Positions 33,275-47,017 of a stretch of DNA of 54,374 nt are shown one piece after another. Origin of the DNA: Octopus bimaculoides (lineage: Eukaryota); NCBI RefSeq assembly GCF_001194135.2, contig NC_068981.1:156101222-156155595 (forward strand), in the 5' to 3' direction. The notes under the pieces were generated by a model. It had not been told where the DNA came from. It did not search any database and was given only the letters and a program-made list of their open reading frames with translations. A program made the position numbers and the translations under genes. Position 1 is the first letter of the stretch, and each line of letters starts with the position of its first letter.

Positions 33275-33530
33275 TGGGTATCTCTTTTGAATGTATCATT
33301 TTTAATATTTGCGTGTGTTATTCTGAGGTCGTGTTTGGATATGTCATTTGTTGTAGATGCGTTCAAAAGGGGTCTGTATTTTGTGATAAAGAGAGACTCT
33401 TTACTAATTCGTTGTATCGTCCCTGAATTGATAGAGGGGGAAAATTCTGAAGCTTGGATTTTTGTTATTGGCGCAAATGTCGATGTGTTGGTTGAATGCT
33501 ATTTTTCTGTTTTTTGGAATTTTGATCTGA
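33275..33530 (-). mobile_element. Penelope-like GIY-YIG endonuclease C-terminal fragment
   Basis: Minus-strand QRISKESLFITKYRPLLN resembles the R..KE..FI.K..P.LN end of Penelope GIY-YIG domains. Confidence 0.5.
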
Positions 33531-33544
33531 GATCTGTGCAGAGC

Positions 33545-33630
33545 CATCCTTACACGTTAATTTCACAAGCAGGCTGTTCCGTTGATCAGATCAACTGAAA
33601 CCCTCGTCGTCGTAACCGCCGGAGTGCCAC
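33545..33630 (+). mobile_element. 3' fragment of SINE family C
   Basis: CACGTTAATTTCACAAGCAGGCTGTTCCGTTGATC…CCCTCG.CGTCGTAA…GGAGTGCCA is shared with 42880-42960. Confidence 0.8.
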
Positions 33631-34456
33631 GATATATATATAAGATTATGATGCGGATTATTATAATCAGTGTAAAATAGTTCATTATAAGCTTTGAAAA
33701 AAAAAAAACAGGCACTAGTAAGTACCGGTTAACAATGATTAACTAACAATTGTAATATGTCGCATTGTTCACATATTGTAGAATATTAGAGACCTTTCAT
33801 AATTAAAAAAAATTTTTTCTTAGAATTTTATTTACAGTTTTTATAATATCGTAAGAAATTTATAAACAAAAATGACATTTATATCGAACTGTGAAGCCCA
33901 GTAAGAATTAATATGTTCGATTAGAATTAAATCTGTGGTGATTGACTTAATTTCTATGACACTAATAGTATAATTTTCATATTAGCAACTAAAATCAATT
34001 CGTGGCTTATAAGAACAACTCTTAGTGTTATATAACGAATAATTAAAGAAGATCACTAAAAGATTCAGCTGAGAGTATCGACATACGATTACTGTATGCA
34101 TTGTTTGTATATGTTGATGTAGTTTTTCAAAGTTTTAGGTTATATTTACTGACCATAGAGTTACAGTAAGTTCTTGGATGTTAGACTCGACTCGTTGCCC
34201 AGTTTAACACACCCTTTTAGCAGAGTCATTATGGATGTAGGCATTCAAGCCAGTTAGCCTTCCGGTCTGAGGTTATTTCCCTACTTCACGGCAGTCTAGC
34301 CAAGCCCTTGAAAAGAAGTAGTCATTCAGTGTTTAATGTTATATAGAAGCAAAATTAATAAAACGCTACATCTCATTATTTTGGGAAGATGGTGAATAAG
34401 AGTCAATGTGAGTGGATGTAGTTATCTATTTATCATTATTGGTGCCTTCACTAATG

Positions 34457-35080
34457 TGGCGAGCTGGCAGACTTGTGAGCGAATCGGACAAAATACTTAG
34501 CTGCATTTCTCCTGGCTCTTTACGACCTAGCTTCAAATTCCACAGAAGTCGACTTTGCTTTTACTTGACCACTAGGATCGATGTAATCGACTAACTCAAA
34601 TTTCTGGTGTCCTACGATAATTTGAAACCATCATCAGTGTCTTCGTTATTTTCTGTTTGTTTAAGGCAGTGAGTTGACAGAATCTCTAACACGCTGAGCA
34701 AAATGCTTGGCGGCATTTCGTCCGTCAGTACGTTCTGAGTTCAAATACCGCCAAGGTTGAGCTTGCCTTTCATCCTGTCGAAGTTGATAAAATAAGTACC
34801 AGCTAAGCACTGGGGTCAATGTATTCGGCTTCCCTCGAAATTGCTGGCCTTGTACCAAAATTTGAAACCAAAGGCAGCGAGCTGGTAGATTCGTTACCTC
34901 GCCGGGCAAAATGCTTAGCAGCATTTCGTCCGTCCTTATGTTCTGAGTTCAAATTCCACCGTGGTCGACTTTGCCTTTCATCCTTTTCAGGGTCGATAAA
35001 ATAAGTACCGGTTGAGCACTGGGGTTTATGTGATCGACTTAACTCCCCCACCAAAATTTCAGGCCTGTAGTAGAAAGGAT
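34457..35080 (+). mobile_element. Three head-to-tail SINE family A copies (~34457-34630, 34663-34869, 34871-35080)
   Basis: Repeated head GGC.G.GAGCTGGCAGA, hairpin, B-box GAGTTCAAAT and tail TTTGAAACCA. Confidence 0.85.
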
Positions 35081-35244
35081 TATTTTTGTAATAAACATAA
35101 TTTCTCTGCATCTTGTCTCTTCTATGAATTACAATATAATGATCAATGCTAGTTGCCGGAACAGCAATAGATTCTCTATGCAATCGTTCAAGCTGTTAGA
35201 AAAATTTTCCCCAATCTGACACCTTGAATTATAACGAATAAGAT

Positions 35245-35380
35245 GAAGGCACATGGCTTAGTTGTTAGGATGTTGGGCTCATGATCATAGGGTATTGGGT
35301 TTGTTTGCTGGATCAGGTGGTGCGTCGTGTCCTCAAATAATGCACTTTAATTCACATTGCCCTATCATATATAGCTGAAA
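35245..35380 (+). mobile_element. Degraded head of SINE family D
   Basis: GGCACATGGCTTAGTTGTTAGGATGTTGGGCTCATGATC resembles 40373-40620 and 40943-41045. Confidence 0.55.
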
Positions 35381-35603
35381 TAAAACAAATAAACAAAAAA
35401 AAATTGCGTGCTGGTGTAGCTACTTCTCCCACCGACTGTCAAATTCTGGATATCTTGCTGGTTCAAAGCGCGAGGGCACTGAAATAGAGTCTGCTTGCTC
35501 GGGACAACAAGTGCAGCTATAAGAATTAACGAAAGAATGACACGTGCTACTAAACCATTCTAGATTCCGAGAGACGATCGTAACTTTTAATCTCTGATAT
35601 ATA

Positions 35604-35822
35604 CGAGGGAGTACTGAAAAATTACTGGCTTTGAGGGTGTCGCGAAAGTCCTGGTTGGAGGCCCAACCCTCCGATTTCTTTTACAGGGCTTAGAAAAACT
35701 GAAGGACCGTTGTAACTTGTGTAAATCTGAGAGGGGAATATGTTCAATAAAATCATAATTAACTGATCCTCCCGTATTTTATTTTACCCAAAGCTAGGAA
35801 TTTTTCAGCATACCTTTTTATG
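35604..35822 (+). mobile_element. Mariner-derived MITE, copy 1
   Basis: TA|CGAGGG…CTGAAAAATT.CTGGCTTT left TIR and AAAGCTAGGAATTTTTCAGCATACC right TIR. Internal residue resembles a mariner transposase C-terminus (…NLRGEYVQ*). Confidence 0.75.
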
Positions 35823-35829
35823 TACATAA

Positions 35830-35867
<38 letters not shown>

Positions 35868-35868
35868 A

Positions 35869-36090
35869 CGAGAGGGGGGTATGCTGAAAAATTCTTGTGT
35901 TTAAAGGTTTCGCGAAAGGCCTGGTTGGAGGCCCAACCTTCCGACTTCTTTTAAAAGGCTTAGAAAAACTGAAGGACTGCTACAAAAAGTATATGAATTT
36001 GAGAGGAGAATATGTTGAATAAAATCATAATTTACTGATCCTCCTGTATTTTCTTTCACCCAAAGCCGGGAACTTTTCAACACCCCCTCG
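35869..36090 (+). mobile_element. Mariner-derived MITE, copy 2
   Basis: Homologous to 35604-35822; ends AACTTTTCAACACCCCCTCG|TA. Confidence 0.78.
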
Positions 36091-36194
36091 TATGTGTGTG
36101 TGTGTGTGTGTGTGTGAACAAAAACACATATATAGGAGGAAGCGTAATATGACCAATGGTTTATATCATCTGATAGTCTGGTCCATAGAGTGCT

Positions 36195-36754
<560 letters not shown>

Positions 36755-36799
36755 TGGAACAGTCACTTTACTTGCTAGTAACTTTACTTGCTAGTATAC

Positions 36800-37303
<504 letters not shown>

Positions 37304-37699
37304 GTATAGTTACTACTCTGGTCTCTTCTTGAGATTTTAGAACTATACATATATATATTGATACGTAATTGAACCGTTTCATGAATCTGTTTCGTTTATT
37401 TAGTCATTGTTAGCTGGTGCTTACTAGTACTTTTTTTTTTTTTCAAAGCTTATAATGAACAATTTTACACTCATTATAATAATCCGCATCATAATCTTCA
37501 ACGTAAAACAACAGCAATAACAACAGTAATTACATTATTTGCCACAAGGGCAACGTATGAGGAGACAATACAAGAACAAATTACAAAACAGTAATGTTTT
37601 ACAAAGAATCGATTATAATGAAAAAAAAAAAAGAACTGGATACAAAAGGAATGAAATGAAACGTCTTTACAGTGGGGAAGGCAGGTATGTAGGGTCAAT

Positions 37700-38950
37700 C
37701 AATACACCCCACAGATCCAAAATTAACCTAACTATCGAAGGTAAATGTCCTTTCCCAGATGTTTTCTCTGATATGCTGGTGATGCTGTGGATAGGCCTGC
37801 ACTCGGACTATATTCGCCACTGTCCCCACCTATCAAAAATTTAGTAAAAGGCAGTACCTTCTTCCCCACCTTAGCATTCACTCCAAATAAAGTTAATGAG
37901 GGATCGGTCGAAGAGGAAAGTATCTATTTTTAGCCATAACAGCGTTCGCCGAAGCCACCAGAAAAAATTTTTCCATTTCCAGTAAAAAGTAAAAATAAAA
38001 AAAGGCGTTGGGATGATCCACACCATGGATTTGACTGACGGATGGATCCGTCCTTCTTACAACATAACTTCACATGTCAGCAATCTTCGGACACTGTAGA
38101 ATTTTTCCCAAACTGGCAATTCGCCAATAACGTTGCTAAATTAAGTATTTCTAGAAGTTGTCCATTGTCTCCAAGGTTAAATTTTTCAGGCAGAGGCAAT
38201 TGATTTGGTTTTCAACGGTGACTATAGTATCCCTAAGAACGACATCTCTCCTGCTCAACACCAACCCTCTATTGAATGGAAGCTACTGGCTGCATTACCC
38301 AACATGTAGAGAGCCATGAGCACTTGACTTTCCGCGTAGATCTTGGTCTCAGATTGACATAAGGCTACACATCTATCAGCGACGATTTGTACGGCGACTA
38401 TTCATGCTTGCTGACCAAGAACCTCTGTAAATACCACAGTTTCAATGCATGCCTAAGCATCATCAACTACAAATAGCGCCCTCTGCTCAAAGGGTGTTGG
38501 CAGCACGAGAAGTGAAAGGGTAGCCGATTCAAACTGACCAAATAAAAACTAGAGCTTGGTACGGTGTTCAAGTGGTATTAGTAAAGGTGGTGATATATAT
38601 GTTGGTCATCTGCATCTGATCTTACAGAGATAGCTTCCTCTCAATGCATTTCTGAATGAGACTAGCTACACTGCACGTTCCGAATCATGCCTTAAGTACT
38701 TTATCAGTAATGTAGTTCCAGCGACTTACAACGCAGTACCGAGTTTCAAATCCGCCATCATTTCTTGGTCAGTGCGTGCTTCTGTTACAACTTCGTATTT
38801 TCACTGTAGAGTGTCAGTCACCTCGATGTCCATAATGTCCGACACTTTTGCGGTAATGTTTTCTACGTATGCAGACACGGCCGTCTCACGTAAAATTTCG
38901 AGTGGGAGGCATTTCAACAACACTAGCTTCTGCAATAATAGCTCGAAATC
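37700..38950 (-). mobile_element. Possible highly decayed LINE relic
   Basis: Weak by-eye resemblance of short minus-strand peptides to RTE-type ORF2 regions; no intact motif. Confidence 0.25.
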
Positions 38951-39065
38951 AAAACTGGACCAGAATTATGCGACAGGACACCTTAATTATAGCAATCCTA
39001 CTTACTTTTTCAAAATCATTTATCCATTTTTTTTACTTTCATTTCTCAATATCTCATAACCAAAT

Positions 39066-39668
39066 ACAGCGAGCTGGCAGAATTGTTAGTACGCTAGACA
39101 AAATGCTTAGAGGTATTTCGTCCGTCTTCACGTTTTGAGTACAAATTTCGCCGGGGTCGACTTTGCCTTTTCGGGATCATTGTAATCGGAGTCAATGTAA
39201 TCGACTTGTTCCTCTCCTGAACTTACTGGCCTTGTGCCAACATCTGAAACCAATAAGAAGGCGGAGAGCTGGTAGAAACATTAGTACGCCGGGCGAAATG
39301 CTTTGCGGTATTTCGTCTGCGTTCAAATTCCGCCGAGGTCGACTTTGCCTTTCATCCTTTCGAGGTTGATAAATTAAGTACCAGTTACGCACTGACGTCG
39401 ATGTAATCGACTTAATCCGTTTGTCTGTCCTTGTTTGTCCCCTCTATGTTTAGCCCCTTGTGGGCAATAAAAAAAATAAGCAATGTTAGTACGCCGGGCG
39501 AAATGCTTAGCAGTATTTCGTCTGTCTTTATGTTCTGAGTTCAAATTCCGCCAAGGTTGACTTTGGCTTTCATCCTTTTGGGGTCAATAAAATAAGTACA
39601 GGAGTCGATGTAATTGACTTTGTCCTTCCCCTGAGCTTGCTAGCCTTGTGCCAAAATTTGAAACCAAT
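39066..39668 (+). mobile_element. Three head-to-tail SINE family A copies (~39066-39250, 39258-39478, 39481-39668)
   Basis: Repeated hairpin and B-box blocks; tails TGAAACCA at ~39250 and ~39666. The middle copy has an alternative 3' end. Confidence 0.85.
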
Positions 39669-40372
39669 ATTTCATAACCAAAACGCTGATGATTGGCAGA
39701 ATCGGCTCAACTTCACGATCATTTTCCCAAAATCGATTTAAAATAATAACTGGTAAGTGTAGACAATAGATCGATATAATTGACTATACCTTTCTCTTCA
39801 AATGTGTGATTTTACACCAGTGTTAGAAATCAATTCCTTATAACCAGGACAATTTAAAACAATAAATACATTAATTAGTCAGACAACGACTTTAATGTTA
39901 TTTCTGTTAAATGTTTAAAAAATAAAAATCAAAGCAAATCTATGATCAAAAAAAGATTTACACGATAAATTGGTTGGATCCATCATAATAGGTGAACATT
40001 ATATAAATCAAGATTGGTATTAATTACATGTTTAGTATGATTACTGAGATTAAGGCTTTAAGTACCAGATAAGATATGTTAACGTTTAGTATACGTGCAA
40101 ATATTCATACATCTTGTAAACTGAACATTTCAAAGAGCATACTAAAAGATCAGTAAGTGTCTAATTAATAGTCACACATTAACCTAGTGTCTTGATTTTA
40201 ATCTACTTCCCTTGTTAATGTTTATTGGTGTTGAGTGGTTACAAATAGAAGTTCTGAGTTCGTTAATTTGATTTTAACCTACTTGGATAAAAACTAAAAC
40301 AAAAACTTAATCTGTTTCCCGGTGACAACAATCTGGTCATTGGTTACATTTGACGGATTCTCTTATATTGCG

Positions 40373-40620
40373 GTGGAGGCGCGTGGCTTAATGGTTAGAT
40401 CGTTGGACTCATGATCGTAAGATTGTCGTTTCCATTCCTGGACCGGACGACACATTGTGTTTTTGAGCAAAACACTTCATTTCACGTTGCTCCTGTGCAC
40501 TCACCTGGTAAAAATGAGTAATCCTGCGACGGACGGCGCCCCGTCCAGGTAAGGAATATATACACCATGAAAACCGGGAAACCGGCCCTATATGTTTATA
40601 TGATGCAGGAAGGAACTCTA
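40373..40620 (+). mobile_element. tRNA-derived SINE family D; head-only copy at ~40943-41045
   Basis: A-box TGGCTTAATGG, B-box-like GTTTCCATTCC, followed by TGAGCAAAACACTTCATTTCAC…GGTAAAAATGAG. Confidence 0.7.
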
Positions 40621-41492
40621 CGTATTTTACTATTCTATTGCAATCAGTCGGACCAGTCCATTAGTCTGAAAACCCAACGTCTCCATGTACAGTTTCCTGC
40701 TACAGTAACTCATGTTAGTAGTTCCTTCCTCCATCTACCAACCTCGGTGACTCTTCTGACTAAACCATAAAATATATATATAATATAAAATGCAATGGTG
40801 AACTAAACAAAAGATTTGATTAAATTACTCCAAAGTTACAAATCTGATGGAGTTAATACTGAAATAATGATTTAGTGAGTTAAATAAAATATTTTACACA
40901 CTTAAGTAATTATAATTATAATGTTATATGGTGCAGAGTGTGAAGGCACATGGCTCAGTGGTTAGAGCGTCGGGCTTACAATCATGAAGTATTGAATCCG
41001 ATTCCCCGAGTGGGCAGTGTGGTCTTGTTCTTAAGCAAGAAAGTAGAGCCGGAAGAAATGCTGCTGGGGATTTTACCGGCCCTGTAACGATTCAGCCACC
41101 TTGCTATATATATANNNNNNNNNNNNNNNNNNNNNNNNNNNNNNNNNNNNNNNNNNNNNNNNNNNNNNNNNNNNNNNNNNNNNNNNNNNNNNNNNNNNNN
41201 NNNNNNNNNNNNNNNNNNNNNNNNNNNNNNNNNNNNNNNNNNNNNNNNNNNNNNNNNNNNNNNNNNNNNNNNNNNNNNNNNNNNNNNNNNNNNNNNNNNN
41301 NNNNNNNNNNNNNNNNNNNNNNNNNNNNNNNNNNNNNNNNNNNNNNNNNNNNNNNNNNNNNNNNNNNNNNNNNNNNNNNNNNNNATATATATATATGATT
41401 AACTTACAGCTGTTTCTGCTATAAAATACAGTGAACTCATAGCTAAATGCCTGAATAACTAACACCTTATAGTTTCATCGGACCCTCGAGTA

Positions 41493-41704
41493 AGGCGGTG
41501 AGCTGGCAGAAACGTTAGCACGCCGGGCGAAATGCTTAGCAGTATTTCGTCTGCCGTTACATTCTGAGTTCAAATTCCGCCGAGGTCGACTTTACCTTTC
41601 ATCTTTTCGGGGGTCGATAAATTAAGTAGCAGTCAAGTACTGGGGTCGATGTAATTGACTATCCCCAACCCCATAAATTCCAGGCCTTGTGCCTATAGTA
41701 GAAA
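41493..41704 (+). mobile_element. SINE family A, full-length, with 13-bp imperfect TSD
   Basis: GGACCCTCGAGTA (41480-41492) versus GGACCCTTGAATA (41705-41717). Confidence 0.88.
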
Positions 41705-41717
41705 GGACCCTTGAATA

Positions 41718-42197
41718 TGATGTGCAATTTATTTGGAAAAGAATTACATTTGTGCCTACATAGGGAACGACATCAACAATGAGCTCATCAAAGTCGAAAT
41801 CCAGCAACAACAGTAAGAAGTAGTTTGTTCTATCAGAATAACGGAATGGGTAAAAATATCTTTCCCAACAAACTGTAGAACACTGTTAGTTTCTGAAGTC
41901 AGTAAGATTCGCATTTTTTAAAACTTATTCTTGACATCGAAAATGAAGTCATGTTATTTTTATAATTTATCTTGTTCGATCAAACTTGTTACAGCTAAAT
42001 TGATTTATTGACCACTGTAGAATATATTTACCCATTCCGTGATTCTAATAGAACAAACCACTTCTTTCTGTTGTGCTGGATTTCGACTTTCATGAGTCCA
42101 TTGTCGAAGCCGTTCCCAATGTAAGCACAAATGTTATTCTTTTCCAAATAAATTGCACATCAGAAACTAACACAGTGTTCTGCAGTTTGTTGGGAAG
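41718..42197. repeat. Closely spaced inverted repeat with circularly permuted arms
   Basis: Block A 41718-41860 pairs with 42024-42162; block B 41861-41896 pairs with 42160-42197. Confidence 0.85.
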
Positions 42198-42580
42198 GTG
42201 CGCGCGCACACACGCACACACATACACAAACATTCACACGCATATACATACATATGCACACACAGAGTTATATGTGCTTGTACGTGCAAATGAGTCCTTT
42301 TGACAGCGCACATTTGTGTGTATGTGTGTGCCGTACAAGTGAGTGTGTATAGGTACAAGAAAAGACATAAAAGACATGAATATCTGTGTGTCTGCAGTAA
42401 ACTGAAGAATGTACTGTGAGCTTGTGATTGTCGTTGGTGTGAGCTCAAGTGCTCTGTCAGTTGGAGTGATAACATCGTTCAGCTGGTCTAATTGTATCAC
42501 TGCTAAATTGTAAATTTGTGGATTTAATTTCATATCATGAATATAACATCAAGAGTTATATGTTACATATGTATTAGATA

Positions 42581-42962
42581 GTGGAGGCGCAATGGCCTAG
42601 TGGTTAGGGCAGCGGACTCGCGGTCATAGGGTCGCGGTTTCGATTCCCAGACCGGGCGTTGTGAGTGTTTATTGAGCGAAAACACCTAAAGCTCCACGAG
42701 ACTCCGGCAGGGGATGGTGGCGAACCCTGATGTACTCTTTCACCACAACTTTCTCTCACTCTTACTTCCTGTTTCTGATGTGCCTGTAATTCAAACGGTC
42801 AGCCTTGTCACACTGTGTCACGCTGAATATCCCCGAGAACTACGTTAAGGGTACACGTGTCTGTGGAGTGCTCAGCCACTTGCACGTTAATTTCACAAGC
42901 AGGCTGTTCCGTTGATCGAATCAACTGGAACCCTCGACGTCGTAAGCGACGGAGTGCCAACA
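42581..42962 (+). mobile_element. tRNA-derived SINE family C, full-length, 9-bp TSD
   Basis: A-box TGGCCTAGTGG and B-box GGTTTCGATTCCC; TATTAGATA at 42572-42580 and 42963-42971. Confidence 0.88.
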
Positions 42963-43089
42963 TATTAGATATATTATTACAAAGTAATTAGCTTCGGTTT
43001 AGAGGACAAAATGCATAGAACACTCAAATGATATCGAATTCGCGCCTTTCATGGTTTTCACACTTAGACTGACTGTGTTGTATTTCTTG

Positions 43090-43293
43090 TATCTTTTACT
43101 TGTTCCTGTAATCGGACTGCAGCCATGCTAGGAGACAGCTTTGAAGAGTTTTAGTCGAACAGATCGACTCCAGCACTTATTTCTTAGAGTTTGGGATTTA
43201 TTCTACAGGTGTTTTTTTTTTACCGAACTGCTAAGTTGCTAGGACGTAAACAAGCTAACATCGGTTGTCAAACGGTGACGGAAGAGGCAAACA

Positions 43294-43332
<39 letters not shown>

Positions 43333-43395
43333 GCCATGAGACTGCATCTGAAGCCACATGGTTGCAAAACGAGCTTCTTGAGCACACAACCATAC
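43090..43395 (-). mobile_element. Diverged SINE family B-like copy with internal (CA)n
   Basis: …ACTGC.GCCATGCT.G…TTTAGTCGA…ATCGAC.CCAG.ACTTATT… is homologous to 36830-37000. Confidence 0.65.
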
Positions 43396-43542
43396 CTACT
43401 AATATACTTACATGGAACTTGTTTTATTAGAATGACTTTTGTGTAGTGGTACTGTTGTGATTTCATCAGCGCAACAGTTACCTGCCCACAGAATGGTTAC
43501 CTTTAATTGGGAATAATTAACAATAGCAACTATCACGACTCC

Positions 43543-43545
<3 letters not shown>

Positions 43546-43603
<58 letters not shown>
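43546..43603. repeat. (AGT)n microsatellite
   Basis: Direct observation. Confidence 0.95.
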
Positions 43604-43604
<1 letters not shown>

Positions 43605-44571
43605 AGACATTTCTCTTACGGCATCACTTTCCATAACACATGTATATGGATGTTTTTAATCCTCAAGACATTTTTAACATCTCAAAGCTCAAATGTTTCA
43701 GAAAAAAAAAACAATTTCAAAAGAAATTGTATAGCTCATAGTTCTATATAAAACTTCCAGCCATCTTGCAGGTTTCAAAATCGCTGTGGAATTTCCACAG
43801 CTATAACAAATATTCATTATTGGAAATTCTCTTTCTACCTCTGCAGAGCTCGGAGCAACGGTATTCATTAAATCTTTAGTTATTTGCACTGTTAGTGAAT
43901 TCTCATGATTATGATAATTTCGAGTAATATTTTCTACATAAATACGGGAATCCTTAACAGAGATTTTACAGTTAAACTATTTATAAAATTCGTGTTAATC
44001 TTTCTTTTAGCTGCTTTCATATGAAAAAGGCATTCATCAGTATTCCAAGAATATGATTTAGCAACGTTTACCAATTCACGAATTCTATTGTTAATTTCTT
44101 TACATTTATTGCTTGATATTGCGTTATCACAATCCGAACACACTGCTTTGGTAGCTTTTAATTCTACATTCAGTAATTCTTTCTGTGGAAGATTTGGAAA
44201 AATCTTGCTTTTAATAAACTTTAGCTTCAGAAAAACAGGCTTCGTCTGTTTTCTTTCCATAAACAGCCATACTCTTTCTGATAATTTCGGATTCTGTTAT
44301 TCATTTATTTATCAATGTATTTATTTATTTATTTATTTCAATTCGTAATTTCTGAAATGTCTTTCTTGAAGTGGTTATAAGAGAAAGGAAGTATTTATTT
44401 TGTCTACCAATATGGCTATATCTTCCAGAAAATATTTGTTGGAAACAAGGTTAACCATTACTTCATATTTTTCGTTTGTAGGATAAAAGCAATGCTGCAT
44501 AAGTTCACCAAATTGTTGCAATTATTGATTTAAATTTCAAGCAATCCATTTTGGTTTGAAAGTATTTAATA

Positions 44572-44920
44572 CTGGTTTCAAATTTTGGCACAAGGCCGGC
44601 AAATTTGAGGGGACGGGGAAGTCGATTACACCGACCCCAGTGCTCAACTAGTACTTATTTTATCGACCTTGAAAAGATGAAAGACAAAGTCGACCTCGGC
44701 GGAATTTGAACGCAGATCGATGAGATGGACAAGATGCCGCGAAGAATTTTGTTCGGCGTGCTAACGATTCTGCCAGCTCGCTACCTTGAAAGCACCTAAT
44801 ATTGGGTCCAAATTAATTTCAAATTTTGGCACAAGGCCAGCAAGTTCATGAGGATGGGCAAGTCGATTAAGTCGACCCAACTGTTCAGCTGGTACTTATT
44901 TTATCGACTCCGAAAGCGAC
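44572..44920 (-). mobile_element. Two minus-strand SINE family A copies (44572-44790 full, 44815-44920 3' part)
   Basis: GGTTTCAAATTTTGGCACAAGGCC tails; reverse-complement B-box GGAATTTGAAC. Confidence 0.8.
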
Positions 44921-44929
44921 TGGAATTTC

Positions 44930-45500
44930 GCTCCCACCTGCTCCCTAAATGTTAAAACTACTGTAGGTAAGAAATTTCTGGCTCCTTTAGGTAAGCATTT
45001 CCCAATAAACCATAAATCCAGCAAGATTTTTAATAGGCGCTCCATAAAAATATCAGACAGTTGCCACTCCAGCATGAAGAACATCGTTACAAGCATCACC
45101 AAAAGCCCACTTCCAATTGTAACTGTCGAGATCCTGAAGCTTGCTCACAGACGTGTATGATAAAATCTGTCATCTATGAGGCAGAAACAGCCACAGCAAT
45201 AGAAAAGAAATACAATAGTAAAGAAAAGTTACATCAGTTTATGCGGAGGACATTTTAAAAGATGTTAGGCAAACCACCAGTCTTCTTTTCAGTACATCGA
45301 CAAAAGTAAAGCTACTAAGTTGATTATCCACGTAATGGAGTTTGAATACTAACTGCACACCACATGCAATCAAGTGGAGAATCGTGGAGAGAAGTAAATG
45401 GATCAAAGAAATGCAACTTAAGCGCACCTAAAAGATCGAAGATTCTTTTTAGATACAAGAATTTCATCACATTACTTAATTCCAGATCCAAAGTTTTCAG
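44930..45500 (+). mobile_element. Penelope-like RT-linker and GIY-YIG relic
   Basis: LNVKTTVGKKFL…KHFP.NHK..KIFNR, CNCRDPEAC…KSVIYEA, HFKR…NHQSSF and IKWRIVE are typical of Penelope C-terminal regions; broken by stops and frameshifts. Confidence 0.72.
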
Positions 45501-46802
45501 CAAATTTCTTTTGTAGAACAGGAGGATACAACCTTCTCCGGACTAAGCAGCTGTCTCGCAGATTTTGGACTCCCTGCCGTTGAATTATCCAACACCAGCT
45601 AGTTTAATTATGATTTCTACGGTCAACTATATAATTGTAAAGAAAAGTTACAAACAATAAATGTTATCTCTTAATTTTGGTTTTTAATATACAAGGATAA
45701 TTTGTCGTATAATAAGGAATAAAATCGTCAAAGAAGTAAAACACAACTTATGAAGGAATAACGTTTAGGGAACAAAAGTAACACGTTTCATATGGAGATG
45801 AACGTTCCATATTTTATTCGCAGTGCTCTCATGAGATTTTAGTTTCGGCTTAAATTCAAATATACATTGTATTCAGTTTTTAAAATTCAGTTTTTACTGA
45901 GATTCCTTCTACATGCTAATAGCTTTTACATAGTAATTCTACAAAATCATTTTACATGCAAATTAAAATATTACTGAGTATCAAACTTGAATAATGCCTA
46001 CAACAAATCATACATAATTAATAATGAATTAGATACCGTTCTAATAATTTAGAAAATGAAACAAAAGCAAGAAATTATCAGTATGATAACTGTTTCTTTA
46101 AAAACTTGTATTGCTGCGGCGACTTTATTCCATCATAATATTTACACAAGCTTAGCACTCAACCTGTAATTAATCTGTAGAATAAAATAGTAAAACTCCC
46201 TCAAAGTAACCTTCTATACTCGTATATGGGCGCAGATATGTCTGTATGAAAGCGTCATATTCCAGTTATAATCTCGCTCAGTCTTTCTATCTCTCAGTCC
46301 AGCTTTATTTAGCATTACCGTTAAAAACTGTTTCACTAAAGAGGTCTACTAATATCGAAATATATGTTCGGAGTTGTTACTGCACTGAAAATATTAAACA
46401 CACTTTACTGCATTGCCTACATGTTATTTCTACTTTATTTTAATAAAAATGAAAAGTCCAGTATTCTTTTTCTACCGTTCTTAACCAGAATTGATAATTA
46501 AACTTATTCTTTCTCTTCACCTAAAGTGAAATTTTAACTGATTAACATATCACCTTAACATATGTATACTAGTCCTGATATTACCATTTTGGTTTTCACA
46601 TAGTGAGTGTTCCTTGGTATTTCACCTTGTCCTCAAAATTAAAAGACGAAGAAAAGGAAATAATATGATATTCATGCCTTTCTAAAATGTATTAATGATG
46701 TAAATAAAGTAGAGTGTTTCTTACTAATGACGTTGTGACTGGATATATATGTCTATATAAATGAAAAAGTTAATGCAGAAAAAGTAAATAAAAACACTTT
46801 TT

Positions 46803-46952
46803 CAGGCATAGCTGTATGGTTAAAAAGCTCATTTGCAACCACGTGGTTTCAGCTTCAGCTCCACAACGAGGTACACGTGGGCAAGTGTTTTCTACTATGG
46901 TTCCAGAGCGACCAATGCCTTGTGAGTTAGGTAAGCGAAACTGTGTGGAACC

Positions 46953-46955
<3 letters not shown>
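46803..46955 (+). mobile_element. Diverged head of SINE family B-like, running into (TG)n and a gap
   Basis: AGGCATAGCTGTATGGTTAAAAAGCT…GGGCAAGTGTTTTCTACTAT…GCCTTGTGAGT is homologous to 24196-24350. Confidence 0.6.

Positions 46956-47017
<62 letters not shown>

Noticed and set aside
42581-42660. tRNA genes at SINE heads (also 24200, 40375, 41495)
   Set aside because: A and B boxes continue into SINE bodies with tails and TSDs; no complete cloverleaf or acceptor stem.
43698-44260. hAT-like dimerisation motif (PSSAEVEREF..MN) on the minus strand
   Set aside because: Single short motif, neighbouring segments not in the expected order, and no TIR or TSD found; insufficient to call.
46585-46660. 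Possible minus-strand micro-exon (pyrimidine tract + AG, open frame QGEIPRNTHYVKTKM, GTAATA donor)
   Set aside because: Such signals arise often in AT-rich DNA; no supporting neighbouring exon.
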